DNA from: Phoronis australis
Taxonomy: Eukaryota > Animalia > Phoronida
Length of the DNA: 64,000 nucleotides
Reading direction: 5' to 3'
Assembly: GCA_002633005.1 (NCBI GenBank)
Contig: NMRA01000045.1
Location: 737,552 to 801,551, forward strand
Position 1 is the stretch's first letter. Each line of letters starts with the position of its first letter. Position numbers and translations under genes: made by a program. The notes under the pieces were generated by a model that was given only the letters and a program-made list of their open reading frames with translations, ran no database searches and had not been told where the DNA came from. Positions 52,008-64,000 of the stretch are shown piece by piece.

Positions 52008-53348
52008 TCGCCACCTGGTGACAGTGAATGTCACTCAGGTCGAAGACGAGAGACATCTATCATCAGTTGACGGGGTTACACATTGCCTTTGTGCAACGAG
52101 AGCAAAATATAAACGTGTTGTAGGCCTACTCAAAGAAATTATGGTCTACCGCAGGAAAGTTTTTTTCCAATTTAGCGGCCTAAAGCAGTGAGAAGCTTTT
52201 TCTATCGCTATAATGGCAGGGACAAATCTTAACATTTGCTATTTCTCCTCCAAACGTACCCTTTCCAACAAAGCCAGTTTAAAGCTAGGTCCGTGGTTAT
52301 CCACCCAAACAACGAAACTAAAATTCACCAGTCCACACGTAAGTGCAGGAAACTTCGTGAGTTTTTAATGTAATTGGGAGATTCTGGTCAGCTTACTGTG
52401 TGCCAGGTATGGATTCCATTTTGATTTTATTTTCGCGCCATCTATTGGTTAAAAGGATACTAAAACTTGTTTTGGTATGTCACGAAGCTAGATCTGTCAT
52501 CTATTGTTTTACCATAAGAACGTCGAAGGGACGAGATCATTTCTCAATGAAACACTGCCTGAATGTGACAGACAGTGGAGCCTGTGGGTTCAAGCGGCCA
52601 GTCTGTAGATCAGTCCGCCTTAGAAACGTTAGACACTCTTCAAAAATGCTCCAAGTTGTTGTGGGGTGCAAAGAACAGCAGAGCATTATATTTGAAAGAC
52701 TGAAGTGACATAGTTGCCACCTGTTCGCAAGTATTAAAATACCTGCAAACGGGTTAAAAATGGTTAACGGTGGATCCTTTAAAAATATTCGTCAAAGACA
52801 GCAAAACCTGAAGTAGATTTTGTACAATCGTGCAAACAGACCGATACAGTGGTGACATCTTGTGTACAAAGCAACAATGACACCTGCCATTGATTCGTCT
52901 CGTTTTGAATTTAGCGCGTTACCCGCCGACTTGCGACTTTAAGAAGCTTTTTAACGCTATTCACTTTAACTTTTAAATGGTTTGATTTTATCGGTTTCAG
53001 TAAACCGTTGGTTATTATTCAGCAAGTTTTTTTTTGCAAGAACTGCGAGGTCACGCACGTTTTCGCGAGATACAGCCATGCGTAACAATCGAAGGGCACG
53101 TGATCACACTGTCTTTACTCGCGAATAGCTCGAGTTTGTGTATCCCAACAGCACCGGGATTATTGGAGGAAAATGACTGCGTGCAAAATACCCAACGAGA
53201 GAGATGAAATACAAAATATGGCGAGACAGGGTGAAACAGAATAAAGCCTTTAATTTAAAACATGAACGCAAATGTTAAGTAACTTTGGAAACGTTTTAGT
53301 GATGAGAAACTGTGATCTTATTAAAAATGTTTGCGCGCCATCTATTGT
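52008..53348 (-). promoter_or_regulatory. Cluster of same-orientation CTCF-like motifs (reverse)
   Basis: On - strand: TCACCAGGTGGCGA (52008), CCAATAGATGGCGC (52435), ACAATAGATGGCGC (53335); weaker matches at 52494, 52714, 52852. Confidence 0.5.
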
Positions 53349-53865
53349 TTGTTTTGTTGTATCCCTTGTTATCCCTGTGTTACAAAAATCTTCTTCGACA
53401 ATTACTTTTGGTTTCACTAAAAAGTCTATTTCCTTGTGCTAGGGCATTCTCGTAAAAGTTAATGTTTCTTTTTCAATGTTTTAACATTCGTATTTAACTC
53501 CATAATAGTACATTTGGTATTTTTTCATTTTTCATATTTTACAGTAACATTTTGGTTTGCCATACCTGTTTGTTATGGTCTCAAGTTGGTATCTATGCAA
53601 AATTCCATGGAAACTGAATGTTCTAGACAATAGGCGATTTTGTTTTGTTTCCAAACACCTTTTGAAGCACACCACATGATTAAACAAAACATGGTCTAAA
53701 CTATCTCTTTATACTGAAACTTATTATCAAGTGTGTGTTTCGCAAGTTATCCACCTATCGTATGCACGCTTATTCAAGCCCGTGCACCTGCATGTGATAC
53801 TGCGTCTTTGTCCGCAATTTCGTGACCCTTGCACCTATACGAAACACTTGAATGAAAACCAAGGT

Positions 53866-54125
53866 CATGGGTGCACCCAGGGGGGGGGAGTCTCGGGGGG
53901 GGGGGCTCGAACGAAACTCCCAATTTGGCAAATTGGGCAAAAAGGTCCGCCACAGTGAAACAAAAAGTCCGATTAAACGAGACAAAAGTCCATAAAATCC
54001 CACGGGAAGTCGGCGGCGCGGATGCACAATTCGTGGTCCTGAACCTAGTAGCCCCGTTTTTTTAGTCCTCGTTGATTTCTTTCACTAAAAGTTCCGCACA
54101 CCGAAAAATTCGAGCCCCCCTCCCC
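53866..54125. mobile_element. Poly-G/poly-C short DNA element remnant (right end uncertain)
   Basis: catgggtgcacccagggggg...gggggctcga and later tcgagccccctcccc in inverted relation. Confidence 0.45.
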
Positions 54126-57100
54126 GTATGCTTTAGGCTGGGAGTAGCGTTTTTAAAGTAATATTTATGTGTGAAGGGTAAATTATCCACTATAAAAGGG
54201 TCGAGTCGTTGTGATATTGGCAATTTTTATAAACATAAAAGTAGTAAGAGTTACCAATACTTAGATCTTTATTCGAGTGCAAATACAAGGGATATCCGCC
54301 GGCACCTATACATAAAGCATGCCTTTCTGTGTGAGACACATCTGAGCACATTCGTTTTGAAAAAAATTAAATATTAAAGGTATATGCGCATGAGCAAAAT
54401 ACACGTGTACATATATGATAAAGACAAAACGCGTGCTGGGGACTTTTTTGTTTTTGTAGTTCGTTTTATTCAACGCACTAACTTAAAAAATTCTAGGTAT
54501 GTTAGACATCATATAAGCATTACACTGAACAGATGTGCGTTCGTAGATGCAAAAAGCTCGCGAAAACGCAGAACCGCGAAAGACTCCGCGAGATATAGCC
54601 AAGCATTACAAGCGAAGCACTTGATCGCGCTGTCTTCCTTCGCGAGATTCTTTTATCAACGGAACTCAACTAAGTCTCGAAGTCTTCATGCCAAGTAGTT
54701 ACAAACGCGTTTAATGTGCAGCTTGCAAACAGAGACGGTGCAAAGCCTCTGACAGAGACGTCGCCTTTGTCTTCAGACGACCAATTTTGGAATGAAAGAA
54801 ATACAGGCGGACTCATTTATTGTTGCCTCAAAGTATGATACGTATATATAAGTACGTTTTGTCTTGTGTATTTTAATTTAAACCCAGAGTTCTATTTCTC
54901 GAGGCATGTCTGATTTTTAATTTGTTCTTTTATGCTAGACAAAACATATCCTAAAAAAGTTTGTGCCTATAATGACGTCGCAGTTTGATGTCACGGGTAC
55001 GCTACGTCACACAAAACGACAAAATATGTTTGTTTGCTTCATTGCTCGATAAAATTAAATAGTTTAGCAGTGTAAGGTTTCCACCTCAGTTTCATGGTTA
55101 AAGCTGAAACGCAAGAATTTGTAAACTTCTTGAATTCCACAATTTGTGACGTTTTTGTTGTAGAATTTAAACAAATTAATTTATTCTCACTTTATTTATT
55201 AACAAAAGCATTATTTCGTTTGAATGCTATTGTCTTGTCAGTTTTCCAACAGAAATTTGAAAGAATATGACACCCGTTTTAGAAGTATATATTTCTGAAA
55301 TTTGAGGACGCACCGTACATAAGACATATGTATGAAACGGTTTTGTTTATAATCCAGGAAAATTATGCTTCCACAGAGTTTGTTGAACACTTGAAATATC
55401 TTCGGAAATAGGATTTTGCAACACCTAGATAAATTAGGTTTGATAATAGCAACTTCTGACAAGGCAAAAATCACTTTGCAAAACGGGTCGAGCTGGTCAG
55501 TTTGAAAGACGTCTAGTTAATTGTTTTCAATCATATATCGGCATAGTAATAGAAGTTTGTTGAGACAAGACTCCACAGCATTCACTATCCAGGGATAGAA
55601 AGATATTTGATACACCTATCTTCCAAATTTCCTATTAAATGAACTCGCCACTATTTTGTCATGCAGTAGGAAAATTCAAGGCACTAAAACTGTCAGTACT
55701 GTGAATGGCCTAGTCATAATGTTTTTATAATAAAAACGAGTTGAAGGGTTTATGAGTTGAGTTTAAATATTGTAATCAGTGACCCTTTCCTTGCGAATCA
55801 GCTATCTAATAGATGACACAACGTTCATCTCGACAACACACCAATGGAAAAAAGCATTCGACATGCGATATACTATCATTTTTTTCATTAATTGAGCGGA
55901 TGGTGTCGCTTACAATAGTTCTACACATCGCTAGGTTTCTTGAAAGAGCCTATCTCGTGTTTTTTCCAAAGCGTTCATTTCGGTAAAGTTGCATTTACGT
56001 ACACAGTTTCATAAACTAGGCTGCACGCGAACAATGACCCCGTCGCACATTTTTGATGAGATTTTTGCTTCACGTTAACCCGGCCGAGATCTTCCGAAGT
56101 TTTTGAGGTTGGTAGACAATCTGGGGCTACGTTCTGTAAACGTGAGAAACTCGCGAAAAAGCAAGATGTCGCAATGCAGAACAAGCGAATCACGTCTACG
56201 GAAAAGCAGCCTGCAGGATCATGTAATGCATGGCAATGTCTCGCGTGATATTGCGATAAACTTGAAAGAATTGGTCTAACAGAACTATTAGTCTAATAAA
56301 GGCCATTTCGCGCAAACAATCTTTGAAATAAGGGGCGAATTACTTAATCAAAATTAACACTTGCAGATACCGGAAACATATGAAATTCTAAGGCAACTAA
56401 AATTTTATCGATAAATTTGTCTTAAGGTTGATTCCAAAGCAGAAGGCACAAGCCATGAAAGGGCATTGCCACAATTGATTTACAATATTTGGGAATGCCT
56501 CTGTTCACAAAACTGTAGAACGTGTACAATTTTGTGACAGCTTATTTAGTACGAGGGCACATTTCTCTCACCGGTCATTGCCCTCGTTGTTACAGTAAAT
56601 CATTTTTGTTAGATTGTGCTTATGCGAGTGATCGTTATTTTGTTTTCACGTGATAAATATTCCATTCTCAGAATGACTTTATGCCCGGGATATCACAAAG
56701 TGGCACGTAAAATTACGTATTCACATCGACCATGAAAATGTACAAAAAATGATGACGAGTTTGCCATAAACAACAGTTTTTCGGGTAAGTAAAAAGTAAA
56801 AACCCGCTGGTGTGACATTGAACCATCTTTGAAATGTTTTATTTAATCTTAGGTATAATTGAATTTTTAAATATTACTCTTTCCATACGTTCACCAATTT
56901 AAAACACAGGACGAGTTTCGTCAATCGAAATATATCAATATAATATAACTTTCAGTCCTAATTGTGTTTTCCTTATTTTACTATTACATTTTTAATTTTA
57001 AAAAGTTGGATGGGTTTCCACGGAAACGTCGTTACATATGACGGCAGCTGTCACTCACTACGGCGGCCATTTAAGGTGGTGGTGCACCACCAAAAATAAA

Positions 57101-58027
57101 AATCAAATTCATTTAAGTTTGAATAAAATCGGAGCTGTGTTGAATGAACATTATTTGGGTGTATGTTTTGACTAAACTAACTGGCGCTAAAACACTTTGT
57201 ATGAAGTTTTTAACTAAAATAAAGCGTTAAGAGTATCTTTAACATGCATGATTTGAGATTGTCTCTTTGCTCCTTGTCGTATGCCACAAGTTCTCGAAAG
57301 TCTTACAAGACGTGGGCAATGTTGTTAAAAGTGTTATTTTTAATGAATATCAGTTGGAACTTTGAAAACATAAACTTATCCTTAAAGCATCGGTCACGAA
57401 TAGTTTTCGTATAGTTCAGGGACTGGGGTCTAATCTTTTTATTCGAAAACATTTTTACATTTTCCATTCTCTTTTTTATGAATCAAAGATGATAATCTAT
57501 TATATTGTGTTTGAGCATATTATAGATTATGCAAACCTGTATGGTCCAAATTCGCACTCAATGACTCTTAGATTGGAGCCAAAAACTCGGGATTCGAAAT
57601 CAAACTCGAACTTAAATCTTTAACAACGGGGTGACCAAGTACAAAATAGGATTACATTGTCATTCATTTGAACCATAATAAATAGAATAGGATTATAGAC
57701 AATGAACTACAGTTAATATCAAATTAAAACGGAAATGTTAAAAATAATGTTGAGTAAAACGATTAGATACCTGGCTCCTGTAATTTCTATTCGGAAGTGA
57801 AGTGACGAAAAAAAGTTGCTGCATATGAATGCCGATGCGTCTAGATTATGAATATGTCCGTTATTTGACAGTGAGCCTCCAGGGTGTCAATAATACTTTT
57901 CCATTTCATCTCTGTTAGAAAATTGGCCGCCATAGCTAAACGGTGCTGAATTTCTCTATTATGCCCTTAGCCCGAGTTAAGGAAAATTAATTACGTGCAC
58001 TGAGTTGCTATTTGCGCAACAGTCGAG

Positions 58028-59265
58028 TTTTATTACTCTGCGCATGTAAGCACAGAGTACTGTTCTTCCTGGGTTTTCTTCAATTTTATTCTTCTTATTC
58101 TTATCAAGTTTGACGCTTAATATTTCCAAAATGGTTGCAGGTATGTTCTTCAAATTTAAAATATGATGTTAGGCAGCATATAAATTTTGATTCATTATAT
58201 ATTCATATTCCATAATGCACCGGAAGAGGTCATTTGGTGCAAAGGTCATGCAATTTTTAAAATGCTACTCCTTCTTTATTTTAAAAGCTATTCTTTTCAA
58301 ATTCGGTACACAGGTATAAGTCATTAAGGCAATTTAAAAAATTACTTTTCTAAGTAATCGGGTCATCCAATCAGGTGAAATAGGTCAAAGGTCATTAGGT
58401 GCAAACTAAAATTTTGAGCTAGACACTTCAAATTGACAGGTCTGATTGCCACAGGTAAATCAAATCGGAATCTAAAGTTTCAGGTCATTTAGTGCAAACA
58501 TGGGGTCATTAGGTGCATTTTTCTTCTGAAAATTTGACCTTTTCAATCAGCAAGTATTCTGATGTGTCAACCGTTAGACAACTGTGATTCTCAGCGTTAA
58601 ACACATTTTCCATGGGCTTTGCAATAATTCTCCTAAAGATGCTTAAAATGCACCGGATAAGGTCAATTAGTGCAAAGGTCATGTAACGTTCAAAATGTTA
58701 TATCTCTTACGTTTTTCAAGGAATTCTTTTCAATTTCAGCACACTGGTGTAAGTCAACATGCCAATTGAATACCCTACTTTACTTCACAATAGGCCTAAC
58801 CAATCAGAAAAAATAGGTCAAAGGTCATTGAGTGCAAACTAAAATTTTGAGCTAGAGACTTCAGAATTACGTATCTGTTTACTAAGTGCGATTGAGTTTG
58901 AATTCTAAATTTTCAGGTCATTTGGTGCACCCATGGGGTCATTAGGTGCATTTTTCTTCTGAAAGTTTGACCACTTCATTCATCTTGTATTCTGAAGTGC
59001 TTAAAGTAAAACATCTGTGATTATTAGCATTAACCACACTTTTAATCGAGTTAACAATTACTCCCTCATCGGGGCTCATAATGCACCGGAAGAGGTCAAT
59101 TAGTGGAAAGGTCATCAAAATATTAACATGTAAATTTTCTTACAGTTTTAAGGAATTCCTTTTGAAATTGGTAAACGGGTTGCTGTCAGTAACTTCCCAA
59201 AGCAATTCCAGTAATGCGCACGCGCAGAGTCCATTATTGTCACGCCGTGTCAATAATCTTTCTAG
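58028..59265 (+). mobile_element. Non-autonomous Helentron/Helitron-type (HINE-like) element with internal 433-bp tandem repeats
   Basis: 5' subTIR actctgcgc (58035) with a local hairpin; 3' subTIR gcgcagagt (59222), hairpin attattgtcacg-c-cgtgtcaataat and CTAG end; T-rich flanks; aatgcaccgga recurs at 58214, 58647, 59080. Confidence 0.8.
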
Positions 59266-59940
59266 TTTTGTTGTTGTCTTTCGAGAGGCGAGACTCGTTG
59301 TCTTATATTTCATACGTTCAACATAGCGAAAAAAAACGGAACAGTAACCTTACGATCCCATTTGAAGCACTCCCACATCAGGTCTATCACGAATGATAAT
59401 TTTGGTGCGGCCTCAAAGCGATTGTAAAATATTATAGGTAGGCCATCTACGGATATCTCCCCGTAGATACTCCAAACTCCCAATAAATTATGCTATTAAC
59501 CGTTCTCGATTTTTACAAGGGGGCGAATAGTACCCAATGTCGCGCCAGTACTATCTCTCGAGAAACTGAGCAAACAAAAGAGCGTGTCAGAAAATATCGG
59601 ACAAGAGATAACAACCTAATAGAACGTGCTTCTTTGATTACTTTAGTCAATTAAAACTTGGAAATAACAAACATGGAGATTTGTGAGTAAAGAAACCAGC
59701 ACGAATATAACTTTCATTATAAATTTTTATCTATTTGAGCTAGATTGAACTCATGATAAGTTGATCAATGAAAAGATAAAGCGAAAATGTTTTCCAGACA
59801 AGTGTGCATTAGTGTAAGTGTTTTTAAACAACAAAAAGTTCTGTTCCGTTGAGGCGCCTTTTTCATTGGAACACGTGACATGACATCCAGTACCTTAGCA
59901 CACGTTAACAAGTTTTCACAACAATCGTTTGTTCAATTAA

Positions 59941-62045
59941 AGGGACATAGTCGCTTTTACTACCAAAAAGCATCTAAAGGACTATTTTTGTAGGATTTAT
60001 TTCTTTGAATTATTAGCTTTGACCGAAAGTATAAAACAGAAAAAAAAAATTTTGTGATTTTATTTCAATTCCCAACAAAGGCTGACAGTCAAAGCTAACT
60101 GAAATCGAGGCAGCGACCATATCGGCTGTGTTGTTGCTAGGCGTTGGGAAAGTGACACACGCTGGCAGTGTGCAGCGTTGTTCAAAGCCGACGTGAGAAA
60201 AAAAGACGAAGACTGAAGTGATAACCTCTGAAGAAATCAAGCGCTGGACTACCGTGCGAGATGAGCCGCACACTTCCTAAAATGACGTGCTTGATAGACA
60301 GCCAGGTGGGTTTGTGTTCTTCTACTGTTTTCTGGAAATGGCTTGACATTCGTGCGTGCTTTTGGCTGATTTCGGAAGTAAAGCTAAAATTGTTTTTGTA
60401 AAGCATTTAATGTTTTCAGTCTTTAACTCATTAATCGCTGAGTCTCAAAAACTCGACTAGTCTGTGTCATAGTTAAACGAAACTCGGTTTGCTAACTGGG
60501 CAAATCCGTTTCAAAAACCCGGTAATCTGGAAATTCCTACTAACTTATGCAGCTTTAGGTGTAACTATTATTAGAGTTATGTGTTGTTGGACATCATGTG
60601 TGAACAGTAAAATTACGCGCCGAACAAAGTGAGTTTACCTGAAGGTCACGTGGTTCAACAGCCGGGAAGTCAGTGGTCATTGATCTCGCATTTTTTTTTA
60701 AATATAAGCAAAATAGAATCACATTCATCTGAAAATCTAATATTATATTGAAATAATCTAAAAACTGTTGACGTGTTGTCTGAAACAAATTCGTGTAATT
60801 CTGTTCAACTTTGCGCATTTTGTTCATGTGTCATTGTCGCCGATTACAGATCGAGACCAAACAACCCAACAATTTGAAATCCGGTACATAAAGTTTATAA
60901 ACATATGGATAGCGTTCTTCTTGACGTTTTTGTGCCCGTTGGTCTGATTCCTGTACAACTTGCTGTTAATTTTTGCCAGTGGTATATGCTAGAATAACAC
61001 TCTTTATAGTATTTCATCACGATGATCGAGCTCCGTTAGTCTGTTATCGGATGAATCCCTTTTTCGAGTTTTGTACGCACGAAATACAGTTTGACGATTA
61101 TTTCTGTCATCAGATGCTCTATCACAAATCGTTTTTGTTTCACTTCCTTAATGAATTTATCATTTTGAGCGCTCTTACTTCACAAAAGCTGTTTAAAAAT
61201 AATAGACTGCGGACGAATCTGTCAGTGTTACTTCCCCACCAAGCATGCCTCGATTTCAATATTACTTTTTGGAAAATTCCAGAATATCACTCGCACGAAT
61301 CCTTTCATCAAAACATATTTGCAGCTGTACTGGTTGGTTTTTATCAAATCTGGGTTAGATCTTGAGGGTCATGTTTGTTTGATTAGAATGATTTCGAGTG
61401 ACTTTTAAGTCTGTGTAGGTCCTTATCGACAGCTCTGTGCATTTAGTAAAATAACCAGACTATAGATATTAACTCAGTAAACGAAGATATTTTATGAAAG
61501 TAGAAAGCATGTAGAGTTCGATTTTCAACTTTTTATCGATCTGTTCTTACTTGGACCACGTGATCATGTCTTTTTATTAAAATTTGAAATTCGAAAAGTA
61601 CATTGACATCGAAACAACAGTATCAATTACATGATCAAATTTTATTTGATGTAAATGTTCAAAAACGCTGTAACAGTTTTCTAAAATATAATTTCGTTTT
61701 CGTTTATGTAACTTTAATGATTTTTCATGAAAATCGTAAAGTCTTATTTTTGATAGCTCCTCATGTAAAATTGGAACATTTTAAAAACAATTTCTAACAG
61801 TGTATTTGAGAACGCTGCACACCGCATAGTATCTGAAAGCTTCATACGAACACGGTCTGCCATTTCTGAGCAATGTTGTTCTGAACTTGGCCCAATTTAG
61901 GTATTTTTGTAGGATCCTACATAATCTTAAAGGTAAAGGGGCATTTCACTTCTGTTAAGCTGCAAATTTTTTAACTGTTGAACAATGCGTTTTAGGGTTT
62001 AAAAACATTACCATGTTCCCATCTTGAATTGTTGTCGACTGGCCC
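59941..62045. mobile_element. Possible old Kolobok-type non-autonomous element
   Basis: TTAA|agggacatagtcg ... cgactggccc|TTAA; the TIR match is degenerate. Confidence 0.3.
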
Positions 62046-63008
62046 TTAAACTCAAATCACAATCACACACGCGCCATTTTTGAACTGGGATTGGTCAATC
62101 CATATAAACGTTTTCTAAAGCGTTTTCTTGAGTCGCTTGGCGATATTCTCGTTGGTATTGGTAATACAATACTGTCAAGGTAAGGGACATCATGACACCG
62201 CTTCTCTCAGAATGAGGTCTAAGCAGTTTTTAGCCAAGGCGAAGTGAAGCTTTAATTACAAGTCCAACGCTGCTGTATGATACTCTCTCCTGTTTGACTC
62301 CTCGTTTGCTCTGAAATTAAAATAGCGTTGACTGTAAAAAAGTTGCTACAGCGTAAACAGGCCCTCAACAGAGGGTGGAAAGTGAATCCCATACAGAATG
62401 TCTGCGCAGCTCAAAGGTAGCCGAAGACGAGAGATACATGATAGTGAGCCAATAGACTCGCCAAGCAAAATGCTCAGCTCGTGTTTGTCAAGAGTCTCTG
62501 CGTAAACTAAATACACAAAACGTATCGAGAGTGATATAGATGAAGTAAGATACGCGGAATAATGTTTAGTGGGATATTACTTCATCTACGCCAATTGAGG
62601 TATGTTTTGTATTTATCCTATGCGCTTCAAATTCCTGTTTCTTTCATTTTTTTCGGCAGATTTTTATTACTTCACCCATACTGTTTACGTGGCGGATTAC
62701 ATCCTATATGTATGTACTTGCGCGTTAGGTTACAAGTTTCCTCTAATAAAAGGAACTGTTTTAAATGTACCGGTTTCTTACTTGAAAAGAGATAACAAAG
62801 ATGAAAACAACGGTAATTGTGCATTACACTTGTAACATTTCCTGAAAATAGTTAAATAACAACAATATTTGATATTGTAGTTACCGAGGAATCGGCGCCT
62901 GAGTTGCAGATGATATAATATTTAGCAATTGAAAGCTCAGACAGAAGTGTCATATAATTAACAGTTTTGTTCCAGATGTTCTGTGTGGCACCTGATTGGG
63001 ACCTGCGT

Positions 63009-63985
63009 GGGTACACAACATGACTCTAGTACCTCAAAATAAATTTTATTATTATATCTTACTAGATTTCAGTGCCTTTAGTGCACACCTCATAAAGAAA
63101 CACGCAAAAATTGAAAAAATAATAATTATGTACAACGTCATGGGTTGAACCCAAGTCGTTCGCCATACTGTTCGGTTCAGAGACAAGGTGTATAGAGTGA
63201 AGAGAAAGCAAAATACATTTAGCGTCGAGAAGGTTCGTAGAGGGATCAAAAGATGTGTTTCCAGAGACTGCAGCAACAGCAGTCAGGCGGAGAACGTCTC
63301 GGTGTTCCGAAGGACACCAAAGTTGCGCAGAAGTGGAATCGCTTCGTGCGCTGAACGAGAGTGTGGGACGTCATCGTGGACCAAGCGATTCGGTCCGGGG
63401 CCACTCTGTGTTCTGCCCACTTTGAGGACTCGTGTTTCGACTCCAGTCACAGGAGACATTACGATGAAGGCCTGGTTCAATAAAGGACAATATTTATCAT
63501 TCAGAAACATCAGCTCTTAATTCAGGATCGTCTGTTGGGTGACTGCGTTGACTCGCCGAGCCCGAGGCCGCTTCTCTCGCGGGAGGATCCAGTTAGTAAG
63601 GCTCAAAGTAGAAAAGTACGCTGCCGGAAGCACATTAAACTTATTCTCGCTTTCGTGCAACCCCATTTCCTCATCCTGGCCACCATTCCCGTACGTTTCT
63701 CATAGTATTCGTTCAATTCTTGCTCATAATCGTCGTCGCTTTCAAATTCCCTGCTCTCCGCCATTGTTCAATGCTAGTCACTGATCTCTTGTGTTCAACC
63801 CATGACGTCACATGGCGGGAAATGTGAAAATAGGCAAAATTGAAAGAAAAGTCAAAATTTCGAGCTAATTACACAAAATAATCATGGGTTTAGTTAATTT
63901 TTTTTTTTAAATTTTACGTCAAACATTTAGTTTGTGGCCATCGGTAATTCAAAATGTGCAAAAATCCATGTTGTGTACGGTTTAA
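63009..63985 (+). mobile_element. Decayed THAP-containing DNA transposon (Kolobok-like)
   Basis: 12-bp inverted repeat gtacacaacatg (63011) / catgttgtgtac (63967), with TTAA near the right end; internal THAP pseudogene. Confidence 0.65.
63245..63440 (+). pseudogene. THAP zinc-finger domain remnant
   Basis: RCVSRDCSN..., frameshift, PKDTKVAQKWNRFVR*TR...TLCSAHFEDSCF (C2CH signature with P, W and F anchors). Confidence 0.8.
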
Positions 63986-64000
63986 ACCTTTACTGCTTGC

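Noticed and set aside
57071-57100. Kolobok-like left end TTAA|ggtggtggtgcacc
   Set aside because: No convincing right TIR located.
1-64000. Remaining short ORFs in the six-frame track
   Set aside because: Mostly 60-130 aa, often with non-ATG starts, no domain motifs and no splice-consistent structure; expected noise in eukaryotic non-coding DNA.

Overview
This is eukaryotic, AT-rich, intron-containing animal DNA, probably from a marine invertebrate bilaterian (inferred, taxon not identified). I find two host genes. (1) The 3' part of a multi-domain GH18 chitinase on + (12 GT-AG exons, 350..11074, 691 aa in window, 5' end outside). It has two tandem catalytic domains with matching intron positions, and ends in a hydrophobic, probably GPI-signal, tail instead of a CBM14. 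(2) An achaete-scute (ASH/ASCL) bHLH gene on - (32276..32902, uninterrupted CDS) with a TATA box, Hes-type sites and a probable 3'UTR intron. It is the only host gene I found in the ~52 kb after the chitinase. The remainder is non-coding DNA with transposon debris: a DD37D (maT) fragment, TTAA-flanked Kolobok-type elements, L2/CR1-group LINE fragments, a Helentron-type element with 433-bp internal repeats, a tRNA-derived SINE, MITEs, and mini/microsatellites. The most interesting unexplained signal is a cluster of forward CTCF-like motifs (15.7-17.0 kb) facing a cluster of reverse ones (47.6, 52.0-53.3 kb), convergent around the ASH gene. I see no prokaryotic system or CRISPR array. All calls were made by eye, with no database searches.
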